The notes: generated by a model not told the origin, from the letters alone. A stretch of DNA of 63,821 nucleotides, filler included, from Octopus bimaculoides (GCF_001194135.2; 5 parts of 5 records of this genome joined end to end with filler, not necessarily neighbours in it); one strand, 5' to 3'; positions 12,474 through 24,929 are shown, counted from the whole stretch's first letter. Numbers and translations: made by a program.

Positions 12474-14027
12474 CATATATATATACATATACATCATGCG
12501 CATACATACATACATGCATACATACATACATACATACATGCATACATATGTGTGTGCGTGTGTGCATGTCTGTATGCATGTATGTATGTATAATGACACC
12601 AAATACTTTATTCAATCTACTTTAGATCTGATGATCGATTAGATCTATGCTGCTACGGGAACAATTATTTTTGTCTCTGTCCGATATTTATTGTGTTTTT
12701 AACACTGTACATTCATAAGAGGTGTTATTTAAGAACAACTACTGCAGTATATCGCCTATCGACTGTGTATATATATTACGTGTGATACATAGATATCTAT
12801 ATATTTAGTTTTTTTTTGGGGGGGGGGTTCTACAAATAACTCGATACAGATGTCTTTTACATACAAATTTAAACTTAGATTCGTGGTTCTCAGTGAGGCT
12901 TTTATATGTACGTTGGTATTCATGTATGTATGTAACTTAGGTGAGTATAATTCTGCGCTTGTACACTTCTACAGATACACACACTAAAATATTACATACA
13001 CCAGTCTCCATGTGCGCATATCTAAATGCTGACACACTTTTATACTTGCGCATGTACAACCACCCTCCTACTTTCTTATTTCCTCCTATGGCTCCTAACT
13101 CCTAGTATTTTTTTCTCATCAGCTTTTCTATTTTCTCATGCCCTCTAAGCTTTTCTCTTTCTTTTGACGAAGAACATACATCCGAATCGTTAAAGCTTTT
13201 TTCTTTCTATTTAAGCGTTAACTTAGTACGGTATATGCTAACATTGTTCCTCCTATGTTGTCTGTTTTGTTACTTATATTGCTCATTGCATTTATAATAT
13301 ATTGTGAATGTATGTACACATTTAAACTTAAACTAAGACACACATACACATATTCACATATATGTATACATAAGAAAATGATATACCCAAGCTCGAATAT
13401 GCATACAGAAAGTGAGAGAGAAGGGCGACAAATATTAGTAGACAGATATACAGCAGCACACAGAAGGGGGCATCCAACTACTTGTTTACAGGACCTAGTC
13501 ACACACACTCACACACATGCACACACACACACAGACACACGCAAACACAAACACATACACACACACATACACACACACAACCACCTTGTAAACAAACACC
13601 TGAGCTGATACTTGTGTATATACCGGTACAATATCACTTTTCTGGAACCGTTAATTCCAAAGGTGTTCCAGATTACTGAATTTTTTGAACCAGGGATTGT
13701 CACACTCTAAATTAAACAAATATTAAACTTATTTAAATAATTAAATCAAATACAAGCACCCATACATTAGTTTAAATGATATAATACTATACTGTACAAG
13801 ATGCCTGTCTATTTAAGGTACCAGTTAACGAGGGTAGGGGCCTGCTGGGAATTGAAATTCGCACACGTAAATTAATGTAGATTATAAGGAGTCCCGAAGC
13901 TTCGGTGTCCTGAAAGTCGATGTACCTGTATCTACTTCGTAATATTTGTGTTCTTTCCTCTTTGTCTTTAATTCTGTTACATTTACTTTGTGTGTGTATA
14001 TATGTATGTATGGTAAAGAGAAAGGGA

Positions 14028-14069
<42 letters not shown>

Positions 14070-14159
14070 AAGGTGACTTAGACTAAGTATGTAACTGAGG
14101 GCCTATGCCAAAAAGTGGCATTGTAGTAACTAAAAACTAATCATAATAATCTATTCTAG

Positions 14160-14640
14160 CATAAGCGCAGGGCCTGAAATTTCGTGGATGGAGTAGTTGA
14201 TTATATTGATCTCAGTTAATTATATTGACCTCCAACGGTACTTAATTCTTCGACCCCAAAAGAATGAAAGACAAAGTCGACCTCGGCGAGCTTTGACTTT
14301 CATTCGTAAAGACAGGCGTAAAGACGGAAGAAATGCTGCTAAGTATTTTGTCCGCCGTGCTAACGATTCTGCCGGCTCACCGCCATAATAATAATAATAA
14401 TGATAATAATAACAATGACTTCAAATTTTGTCACAGATCTAACAAGATGGGGTGGTGGGGGAAGGGATAATCGTTTCTACTAAAGGCACAAGGCCCAAAC
14501 TTTGTGAGGAGAAGAATAGTTGCTCACATCGAACCAAGTGTTTCGCTGGTACATAATTCACCGACCCGAAAGGACGAAAGGCAAAGTTGACCTCGGTGGA
14601 GTTTGAACTGAGGAACGTGGCAAGGGGCGAAATACCGCAA
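14160..14640 (-). mobile_element. Two tandem OR-type SINE copies separated and flanked by (TAA)n
   Basis: Copies at about 14160-14385 and 14465-14640 share gaaag(a/g)caaagt(c/t)gacctcgg and a ...gcc|ataataat or gcaataat head boundary with the 6292 copy. Confidence 0.8.
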
Positions 14641-14642
14641 TA

Positions 14643-14648
14643 ATGATG

Positions 14649-14727
<79 letters not shown>
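14643..14727. repeat. (TAA)n microsatellite
   Basis: Seen directly. Confidence 0.97.
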
Positions 14728-14729
<2 letters not shown>

Positions 14730-14930
14730 CCACCCAATCTGAAGAAACATCTGGATATTTTAGAAATACCCTTTAATCTTAGTGTATTGCCAAAATCGAC
14801 TGTACTTACAGCTGCACACATACTGCGTAAAGTACTGTTTGAAGTCTTTGTTGTGACTTGACAGAAAATACAAATCTTTGGTACACCCAATATCTTCAAT
14901 CTACAACGTCACAATACTCGATAATGTGCG
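14728..14930 (+). mobile_element. Extreme 3' end of an R4/Dong-type LINE
   Basis: PPNLKKHLDILEIPFNLSVLPKSTVLTAAHILRKVL resembles the conserved LQKS.LLGTAHILRKVL C-terminus of R4-type ORFs (from memory), followed by a short 3' UTR. Confidence 0.7.
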
Positions 14931-15275
14931 ACTTCATTCTGTCATGAAGGAGAGCAAAATATTTTCTACTGAGTTCATATATACTACCCAGGCTGAACAG
15001 CATGATGGAAGTGCGGCAACTATTGTTGCAAGGAAGGTGCAATAAATGGCAAGGAAAAAAGCGTATAACCAATTGACTGATGGGTGAGAGCAGAAACCTC
15101 TGCATGACAAATATGAGGCCCGTAGCAAACAGGCTGATGTTGACCAGAAGCACACCCAACAGTTGCTACGGAGCCCAGAGCTTTTAGAGCTAAGGTTCCA
15201 TCTTAGCTGCTGAATAATCCCTGGCTTACCATTCATGCAAGAAACACAAAAGATTGTTTTAACTGGCACATCACA
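14931..15275 (+). mobile_element. Internal fragment of an R4/Dong-type LINE (region upstream of the zinc knuckle)
   Basis: RLHSVMKESK...ARKKAYNQLTDG*EQKPLHDKYEARSKQADVDQKHTQQLLRS resembles the W..KPLHG.Y....W...GLK region. Confidence 0.65.
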
Positions 15276-15665
15276 CGTACTGAGATGAGCGTTGTCGCTG
15301 TGAAGGTCGTCGCCGTGAACGTCGTCGTGAATTTTTTTCGCTTTTTTCTTTTTTTTTTCTGTTTTCTTTTCTTTTTCCCTTTTCTTTCATCTTTTCTTTT
15401 TTTTTCTTTTTTCTATCACGTAACTTGATTTGTAAATGAAAAATCTGATGTGTTTATTCTAATGGCCTACCAATGTATATAGTAAGTTTTTTGCCCTAGG
15501 TGTTGGGATGACCCTCGGCAAGAAATGAAAACAAAAGGGGAAAAACAACAACAACAACAACAATAATGATGATCATAATAATAATAATGATAATAATAAT
15601 AATAATAATGGGAGTGACAAAAAAAAGATACATGGTGGAAAAGAAGAATACAGGCGGGGTTAGAT

Positions 15666-17865
15666 ATGTTCTCGAAGGACATTCCTGTGTTTGACCGAAA
15701 GGAAAAGAGGGAGCGTAAAAGTGAACAAAAATACAAGGCACTGAACAGAACGGATAATATTGAAGGAATGGGCCTGAAAGGGGTAATGGAGGAACTGAAA
15801 CAGCACCTCGTTGCAAAGAAAGCAAAGATGGTAAGATACGACCAAAGAATGAAGGGTTACCAGCTGAATAGGTTATTCAGAGTAGATCAGAAGAGATTCT
15901 GCAAAGAAATAAATGGCGACTGTATAGATGAAATGTTGATACCAGATAACATTGAAAGTCAAAAATTTTGGAGTGACATCTGGAGCAAAGACAAGGAACA
16001 CAAGAAGGATATTGAATGGTTTCAAGAACTGAATCAAATAGTAGTCTGTCCAAAACAGGCAGAACTAGTTACTTAAGTTAGGGAAGAGAAGGAAATCATA
16101 AAAGGAAAAAAATGGGAAACTGGAAGGCCCCGGGACCAGATGGATTTGAAGGCTACCGGATCAAAAGATTTGGTGAATGTCATGCACGAATAGCTGCACA
16201 ACTCAACGCCTTGTTAAATCCCGACCAAGTAACACCAGAGTGGTTGACAATGGGTAGAACAGTACTGTGCTTGAAAAACATTAAAAAAGGCAATAAGGTA
16301 GACGATTACAGGCCAATATCCTGTTTGCAACTTATGTGGAAATTATTGACTCGAATAGTCACAGAGTCAATGTACGGACATCTGGAAAAAAATGGAGTCC
16401 TGTCACATGAGCAGAAAGGTTGCAAGCGTAAGACAACTGGTAGACAAAACTGTACTTAGAGACTGAAAGAGGAGGAAAACTAACTTAACCATGTCATTGA
16501 TTGGTTATTGTAAGGCTTACAATGTGATCCCACATTCTTGGGTTATGGAATGTATGAACCTATTTGGTATTGCATCGAATGTTGAGCGATTGCTTGGAAT
16601 AAGTATGGCGAAGTGGAGGACGAAACTCACAGCATATGGAAGTTTAGGGACAACAGAAATCAGGAGAGGCATCTTCCAAGGGGACTGCCTGTCCCCACTC
16701 ATCTTTGTACTGTGCATGGTACCACTAACACTGTTTCTGAGGAAAGCAAAGGCTGGGTATGTATTCGAGAGCCACCAACAAAAAGTCAACCACTTGTTAT
16801 TCATGGATGACCTCAAAATTTATGGTAAAGATGAATCCCAAGTCAGTTTTCTCGTTGATACGGGGTATTATTTCAATGCTGATATAAGAACGGAATTCGG
16901 ACTGAAAAGGTATGGTGTGTTAGTCTTGAAGAGAGGCAAAATTAAATGTATGAACGGGCTAGCGATACGTTGGGAGAGGTTATGAAGCAGATAGAAGAGA
17001 CGGGCTGTACTTGGGGATATTGGAGATGGAGAAAGAAATAACAGAAAAAATTTAAGGTGGAGTACTTGCGCAGACTGAGACTGATCCTTAAGTCGAAATT
17101 AAACGGAAGGAATGAGATTGAATCTATCAACACCTGGGCGGTTTCACTCCTTAGATACGGAGCAGGGATAATCGCATGGACAGTAGACGAACTAAACATC
17201 TTAGGCAGAAAGATATGGAAGTTGCTGACTTGATATGGGATATTCCACCCAAAACATGACACAGAAAGACTGTATGTACCAAGAAAAAGAGGGGGAAGAG
17301 GTCTGATTGGATGCGAATACAGCGTTAGAGCAAAAGAAAGCAACATAGCATGTTATATAAGAAATGCCACAGAACCACTATTATTAGAAGTAAGAAGGTC
17401 AGGCTTGTACAGGATGGAAGTTTATAAAGATAAAGCACTGTACAAGCACTTGAGAATGAATGAAACTGAAAATAGATGGATAAAGAAAAGAATGCATGGA
17501 CAATTTCATAGGGATGTTGAAGATAAGACAGACAGAGAAAAAAGATGGCTATGGATGACTAAAAGTAATTTCAAACCGGAAACGGAAGCTCTAACGTGCT
17601 GCACAAGAGTAAGTATCAAGAACAAATTACATAAAATACACAATAGACAACACATCAGAAAGTGATAATGGCAGAATTTGTGGACAAAATGGTGAAACCA
17701 TATGGCATATTACCAGTCAATGTACGCCACTAGCCCAGAAAGAACATAAGAGACATCATGACAATATAGCAAGGATTATCCGTTGGACACTTTGCAACAG
17801 ATATGGACTTGACAGAGCAAAAGAAGTGGTACGAACATAAACCCGAAGATATCATCAAAATGATA
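15666..17865 (+). mobile_element. 5'-truncated, frameshifted R4/Dong-clade LINE (reverse transcriptase through zinc knuckle)
   Basis: Motifs appear in order: EELKQHL..RY..R; WKAPGPDG; WLTMGRTVL; YRPISCLQLMWKLLT; EQKGC; YCKAYNVIPHSW; RRGIFQGDCLSPL; NHLLFMDDLK; EYLRRLRLILKSKLNG..INTWAV; RLYVPRKRGGRGL; MHGQF; ETEAL; CG..GETIWHITSQC..LA..HKRHHD; WYEH. There is no APE domain. Confidence 0.93.
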
Positions 17866-19142
17866 TTAGGTTGTCAAGAAAGTTCTTGCGGAATTTTAAA
17901 GTTTGGTTTTAAACAATGTATTTTCAAATTAATTTTCATTTAATTACTTTGATTTTATATATCCTTTTAAAGCCACGTTTTCGCTTTATCTAATCGTGTT
18001 ACTCTTCTTCTTTTTGAATAATTAAACCATTTTTTCCGGAACGTTGAATACAACATGGACAAAAAGCAAATTCGCGCAATATTTTTATTCCAGTTCAAGC
18101 TAGGCCGAAAAGCTGCTGAAACAGCTCGTGATATCAACGATGCGTTTGGCCCAGAAACCACTAATGAACGTACAACACAATGGTGGTTCAAGAAATTTCG
18201 TAGCGGTGACGAGAGTTTTGAAAATGATAAGCGTAGTGGTCGGCCATCGGATGTTGACAACGATCAACTAAGAGCCTTAGTCGAAGCCAATCCACGTACA
18301 ACTGCTCGAGGGCTTGCTTCTGAATTAGACGTAACGTATACGACAATTTCCACCCACTTGAAAGAGATTGGAAAAACGAAAATACGTGAGAAATGGGTGC
18401 CGCACGAATTGAACGACAACCAAAGAAAAAAAAAAACGCGCCGTTTTGAAGTGTCATCTTTCCTTCTTTTATGCAACAAGAACGACCCGTTTCTCGACCG
18501 GATTGGGACTTGCGATGGAAAGTGGATTCTTTACGACAACCGGCGACGCTCAGCTCAGTGGTTGGTCGCCGACGAAGCTCCACGGCACTTCCCTAAGCCA
18601 AAGTTGCACCAAAAGAAGGTCATGGTGACTGTTTGGTGGTCGGCGGCCGGTCTCATCCGTCACACCTTTTTACATCCAGGTGAAGTACTGTCAGCAAATG
18701 GGTGAAATGCATAAGAAACTCCGACAACAACAGCCAGCATTGGTCAATAGAAAAGGAGCAATTCTTCTCCACAAAAACGCTCGGCCGCACGTCGCATAAC
18801 TGGCCCTGCAGAAGTTGAACGTATCGGGCCACGAAACTCTGCCTCATCCGTCATACTCACCAGACCTCTCACCTACCGACTACCACTTTCTCAAGCATCT
18901 CAACAGCTTCCTGCGTGAGAAATGCTTCAAAAACCAAGACGATGCCAAACACGCCTTCAACGATTTCATCGCCACCAGAACGCAGGATTTTTACGCTACT
19001 GGCATAAATAAACTAGTTTCGCGTTGGCAAAGTGTGTTGATACTGATGGTGTTTATTTCGATTAATAAAGTTTTGTTTGAGCCGAGATATGTGTATCTGA
19101 ATTTAAAGGTTAAAGACCGCAAGAACTTTCTTGACAACCTAA
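17866..19142 (+). mobile_element. Full-length (1277 bp) defective mariner transposon, cecropia/Hsmar1-like
   Basis: Perfect 26-bp TIRs TTAGGTTGTCAAGAAAGTTCTTGCGG at 17866-17891 and 19117-19142, with TA on both sides. The transposase begins [28 protein letters not shown] and contains WVPHEL, TCDGKW and YSPDLSPTDYH. The second catalytic D is mutated (LHKNARPH), and there is a deletion or frameshift near 18690. Confidence 0.97.
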
Positions 19143-19585
19143 TATATCTATAAGGAGATGATAGAACAGCTTTAACATTGAACGTGGATTAAAAAGAAGC
19201 CGGTACTAACGTTTTATGCATTCTCCTTTTCTTTTTCTGAAAGTGATTCTACCTAAAAATAAGAATTTGAGCAAATTGCAAGTGACTCAGAAGTGAACAT
19301 GGAATATTCTTAGGAATAAATTTGTGCATATAAATTAAACTTCACAATAGAATATCGAAATTTCTTAGGAATAAGATTACGCATATACATAAGCAGTTTA
19401 TTTTTATTTATTTAGTAAATGTTCAAGTTAGGATCGTTGATAAAAGGGTTTTACTTCAAATTAGAATCGAAGCCTTTAGCTCTCTTTAGTTCTCTGTGAA
19501 CTTATTTCTTGTATTTTTTTTTACCTTCGTGTAAGGTCAGGAATGTTTTGAAAACAAATAGCCGATTATATTGCCCTATCTTGTA

Positions 19586-20876
19586 CAGGGTGGGGCAGAA
19601 AGGACGGACGTTTTTGAAATGGCTGTTACTCAGTCCCAGTGGGAGGGACATATGTCCGACAGTTACTATTCGGTCCGTGGTGGCTTAGTACTCCTTTTAT
19701 TCCTTTCCAGGTGAAGTCATGGCGCTGTGAACGATAGAGCACCGCGTGTCTGCCTCCGACAGTTACGTGAAGAATAACGTGTCTGCCACAGCAGTTCAGA
19801 GTGAGTTTCGGCGCCACTTCAACATTCACCGAAATCAGACTGTTCCCACCCGCAACACAATCTTACGTTCGATGAATGCACTTCGTACACGAGGTACACT
19901 AACGAATAGCAGACCGGTGTGGGAGGGGGGCACCACGAACGGTACGGGCCCCGGAAAATATAGAACGCGTGTGATAAGCTTTGACACGGAGTCCGAATCG
20001 CTCTGCTGGGAGGCATGCCACTGAACATGGCGTATTTTGCATGAAGGACTACAAATTGGTTATTGGGCAACAGTTGAAACCATGGATTATGCAGAGAGGC
20101 TTAACTTAGCACGTCAGATAGAAGCGATTTTTGAGGCAAATGACAACCTTATTTTGTTAATGAATGATGAAGTTCATTTGCATCACAATGGGATGGTGAA
20201 TCAACAGAACTGTCGTTATTGGACTCTTGAAAATCCGAGAGAATTGCACGAAAGACCACTGCACAGCCCAAAGGTGAGGGTCTGGTGTGCTGTTGGAAAA
20301 GCTGCCGTTATTCGTCCTTACTTTTTTGACGACAATAATGGAAATGCTGTTACTCTGAAATCCGAGCGTTACGTCGAAATGATAACTTCTTTGTGCTTGA
20401 ATCATGACGCAAACGTATACCTATTCGACGTGTGTGGTTTCAGCAGGATGAGGTGACAGCCTACAAAGCCAGAGCATCAATGGGCATTCTTCGCCCTCTC
20501 TTCGGTAACCGCCTCATTTCTAGGTTTGCTGATATTCCTTGGTCCCCTCGGTCCCCTGATTTGTCCACATGTAATTATTTCCTGAGGGGAAATCTCAAGG
20601 CATGTATGTATGCACATAAGCCCCGTACAGTGGATGATTTGAAGGAAGCTATTCGTGCGGTAGTCGCCCAAATCGACAGAGCAATGCTGAAGAGAGTGGA
20701 AGCAAACTTCCAAGAACGTCTTCAGAAATGCATCAATGAAAATGGACACCAGCTGATGGATGTTGTTTTCCACACTTAATTTTGTCAAATGCTAATTTAA
20801 TATGAACACATTGATGTCAATAAAATTTGTTTGTAGCCAAAATTAATAAAAACTAATACTTAGTTGATCAACCCCG
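19586..20876 (+). mobile_element. Second decayed DD41D (rosa/VS) Tc1/mariner transposon
   Basis: The left end is TA|CAGGGTGGGGCAG. The frameshifted transposase includes NDEVHLHHNGMVNQQNCRYW and WFQQDEVTAYKARASMGILRPLFGNRLISRFADIPWSPRSPDLSTCNYFL, with 41 residues from D to the final position (D mutated to N). The right end is degenerate (accccg|ta). Confidence 0.88.
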
Positions 20877-20959
20877 TAAAGATAAGAGGATGGTACAACA
20901 CGGTGCAATTTGAACTCGGAATGCATAGTATTTTCTCATGTAACAAACAAAAACTATAG

Positions 20960-21345
20960 ACCATCAGGCGGGGAATCTGCCTGAGGTTAAACTAGTAGTA
21001 ACATTTAAGAGCCACTTTAATGTGACGACTGACTTTACTGTTTAGTATAATTACTACTCTATCTCTTCTTAAGATCTTACAACTTTGTTTACAATATATT
21101 GTTAGCGTTAGCATACAGGTGCTCGCGACTGAGGTTGAGCCAAATAGCTCGAAACGGAGTCAGTCTCGCGATTCTGTTACCTGCTAGAGGGTGGTAGGGG
21201 TTCGCTCCCTTGCTAACAATGTATCGTATTTAAAGGATGCAGAGTCGCACCGTAACCAGCTGGTGGAGAATTTGCCTGGGGTTAAACTAGTAGTATCCTT
21301 CAACAGCCACTTTGATATGGCGATTGGCTTTACTGCTTAGTATAG
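20960..21345 (+). repeat. Two diverged copies of an about 80-bp repeat module
   Basis: ggaatctgcctgaggttaaactagtagtaacatttaagagccactttaatgtgacgactgactttactg at about 20970-21040 vs ggagaatttgcctggggttaaactagtagtatccttcaacagccactttgatatggcgattggctttactg at about 21265-21335. Confidence 0.7.
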
Positions 21346-21900
21346 TGACCAAGTAGCTATTTTGCTTGTCACAAGATAAAGTTTTATTTCAATTCACAGC
21401 TGAACCCGGCAATAAAAACCGATTCGTCAATTCAAAATAGTTAATTACAACTTCCACTTTATTATTTTACTTTTTATTTGGTGGTATAGTCCCTTGAGAA
21501 CGTAGACTTTTAGCTGTTCCGGTGACAAAATACGAGCCCTTAAACATTTTGATAGTTTTTGTTGTTATTGTTTAGTCATTGACCGATCTATCATACATGA
21601 ACCTCGGACCTAGCGTGCCATTTGCGATTATTTATGATTTTTTAATATCTACAACAACACTATCCAAGGTGTCTCTTTTTTAAGGGAGTGGGCTGTAATT
21701 TGAACGAAATTTGGTATTTATTCCTAGCAGACTGAGTGACTGTATGGAGATTCTTCCATTAGTTGTTCTGTATCTGGGTGTCTAGTACTCTGTTGATGTG
21801 ACCCTCTTAAACATTTCCAACCGTGGTGTGGCGTATTCCTTACTCTATTACCATTACGATATGACCATACAGACCACCCACCTCAAGATTTTATCTATAG

Positions 21901-22781
21901 CATTGGTTCTCAACCATTTTTTTTTTTTACCTGTGGGCCCCTTTGATTCTCTACTGGACCTCCATAGCTATCTGATATTTAAAAAACTTTTATTATATTT
22001 TTATAGTTAAATATTATTAGGAATTGAATAAAAAAAAATTGTTAAAATATTTTGTGTATTGCAGAAGTAAAACATAATTTATATGTACGAACTTATTTCT
22101 AAGAATGTTCGATGTTCACCTGTGTATCATTCGCAATTTGCTCAAAGTCTTATTTTCTAGATTGAATCACTTTTAGAAGAAAAAGAAAATGCATAAAACA
22201 TCAGTACAGGCTTCTTTTTAATCAATGTTCAATGTTAAGGCTGTATAGATACACACACACATACATACATGCATACAGACAGACACACATGCATACATAC
22301 ATATATACACATACATGCATGCATACCTTGTTCGCACTCCGTCGTTTACGACATCGAGGATTCCTGTTGAACCGATCAACGGAACAGCCTGCTCGTGAAA
22401 TTAACGTGCAAGTGGCTGAGCACTCCACAGACACGTGTACCCTTAACGTAGTTTTCGGGGATATTCAACGTGACACAATGTGACAAGTCTGGCCCTTTGA
22501 ATTACAGGCACAACAGAAACAGAAAGTAAGAGTGAGAGAAAGTTGTGGTGAAAGAGAACAGCAGGGTACACCATCCCCTGCCGGAGCCTCGTGGAGCTTT
22601 AGGTGTTTTCGCTCAATAAACACTCACAATGCCCAGTCTGGGAATCGAAACCGCGATCCTATGACCGCGAGTCCGCTGCCCTAACCACTGGGCCATTGCG
22701 CCTCCACACATACATACATACATTTATTGCAGATAAATTTCAACAACAAAATTTTATATGGAACCCAGTTGAGAACCACTG
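21901..22781. mobile_element. hAT-family (Buster/Charlie-like) MITE containing a nested SINE
   Basis: TIRs are CA(T)TGGTTCTCAAC at 21901 and GTTGAGAACCACTG ending at 22781. The 8-bp TSD is ATCTATAG (21893-21900) vs ATCTATTG (22782-22789), with a central TA. Confidence 0.85.
22329..22707 (-). mobile_element. Full-length tRNA-derived SINE (octopus OK-type)
   Basis: The head gtggaggcgcaatggcccagtggttagggcagcggactcgcggtcataggatcgcggtttcgattccc contains A and B boxes. A near-identical copy lies at 44279-44662. Confidence 0.92.
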
Positions 22782-23970
22782 ATCTATTGAGTGAAATGGA
22801 ACTGGACAGGACAAGCTCAATGAAACATTTGGCCAGTTTACTTTGTGCCGGTGAGATGTTCCCTACGGGTGGTACCTGTAGATCTGTATAAAGCTAAGCG
22901 GACTAGATCATTTACGTGTTATATCTTTTGGCTATTGGTGCAACGGTAAAAAGGTTATTAACTACTAAACTACTCTCTTCTCAGCTAGTTGCTAGTTCTA
23001 AATCTACTCAACAACTCGGGCTACCGAGTAATAAATGAAATAAAACATAAGGCATCTTTTGTTTATTTGACATGAATAAGAAGTCAGTCAGTGTAGACAG
23101 ATAGGAATAAAGAACATCCTAGATTAGTTCACAGTTGATGGCGGAGTTGTTGGTGGTGGTGGTAGTAGTAGTGGTGGTAAGGTGAAGTAAAACTACGGGT
23201 GAGTTGAGATCTAGAGATGCTATCAAATATCAATTGATTCCGGACAGGAGAAAGGCTGTTCAACAAGTGCAAAAGGCAAACATTAACGCATTCACTTGTA
23301 ACCAGCTTTAAGAGCGACAAATGTAAGAATAACAAATATAATGGAAAAACAACTATGTTTTATTAATAGAGAAGGACATGGAGTGTAAGAGAGTGGGCGA
23401 AAGAAGAGAATGACAGTGAAACTGTAGGTGGAAAGAAAGAAGCAGGAAGAAGGAGGTTAAGATAGGAGAGGAAAAGGCATGGAAAGGATTAAAGTACCGC
23501 AGCTGATTAAAAAAAAAAGATTATTGTTGTGATCGTATTGCAGCACTAAAATTTGAACGAACTGAATGCGTGGAATTCGGTTTCAATATGAAGCTTATTT
23601 TGCTAAAGTTAGATAACAATGTCGGTTCCAATATCCCATATACTGTCCTCTAAAATACTCAGTTTTTAAAATCTGAGAGAAACTCGTGTCTGGATGGGTA
23701 AGACGCCCCTCCATCAGACCAACATAGATCATCTGTTTCTATGCTAATACTTGAATTGAAACATGTATGGGAATGGTGGCATTAGCGTAATGGTGCATGA
23801 AAACAAGGGTTGTGAGCAATTTTTAATTTTGGCAGAAGACTACAATCTCTGGAAAGTGGCTTAGTTTTATAGATCCATCCCAGTATTTGAGCGATACGTA
23901 TTTTTGGCACCCACAAGCTATAAAAGGCAAAAATGACAACACTGGTAGGATTTGAACTCAAAACTCAGAC

Positions 23971-24013
<43 letters not shown>

Positions 24014-24081
24014 ACTCACTTACTCCCTCACTCTTTCTCTATTTTACCCCACACATTGACTTTTGGGAGATTATACATTGA

Positions 24082-24496
24082 AAAGAGAGATTACTTTAGG
24101 TTACTTTTGAAATTATTTTGTTCATACTTAGCATTGTAAATCTATTTTTTCAAAATTCTATTTTAATAATAAGAAAACCATATAATAATTAAAATAAGTG
24201 CGTAGATCATCCACCAGAGTAAATTTGCTCATGTAGATCACACGGAAAGTAGCACTAACACAAAGTAAACTAAAAAGTAACCGAAAGTAATCTCTCTTTA
24301 AATTGTGGATCACACGCCAAAGGAGCATCTTTCTTTTTCTTAAGAAATGATGTGAAATTAGTGCTGGTTTCTTGTAAAAATGCAACTAACTTCGACTCAT
24401 TGCTAGCTTAACATCTTACGGATTTGAGAAATTGAAAAGTAAACTAAAAAGTAATATAAAGTAATTTCTCTTGTAGATCACACGCCAAAGTAGCAC
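24082..24496. repeat. Cluster of direct and inverted 25-60 bp modules
   Basis: aaagtaaactaaaaagtaa..aaagtaat.tctc at 24262 and 24437, with an inverted copy at 24082-24120. A g(t)(a/g)gatcacacg..aaag(t/g)agca motif occurs at 24233, 24305 and 24473. Confidence 0.75.
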
Positions 24497-24929
24497 CAAC
24501 TTTTGAATAGAAAACGTTCGAAATGACTTCGAAGTTTTGCTCATCAGTCTCATTACGGCAAGCGTTGAAGTCAGTGTCAACTGTTTTCTTGAAATATAAC
24601 TATATACTCAACTAAACAGTACTGAGCAATCCCACCCCCCGTTTAGTGCTAAACTGTTTTTACATATAACTGGATATAAAAACAAACATTATGCACACAC
24701 ACAGACACACACACACACGCACACACGCACACACATACACGCGCGCACACATACACACACCCATGCACTCACACTCACACACACACACACTCACACACAC
24801 ATACATACGTTAAGCTAAACTAGCAATAAACATAGGAAAGAATTTTGCCCAGCGCACGACCAATATTGCCATCGTTGAGAGCATTACTATCATTGTTGGT
24901 GGTAGTAGCAAGAGTATCTCAGTGCAGTT

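Noticed and set aside
18055-19070. SETMAR/Metnase-like host gene
   Set aside because: No SET domain; bounded by TIRs and TA; catalytic D lost and frameshifted. It is a dead transposon.
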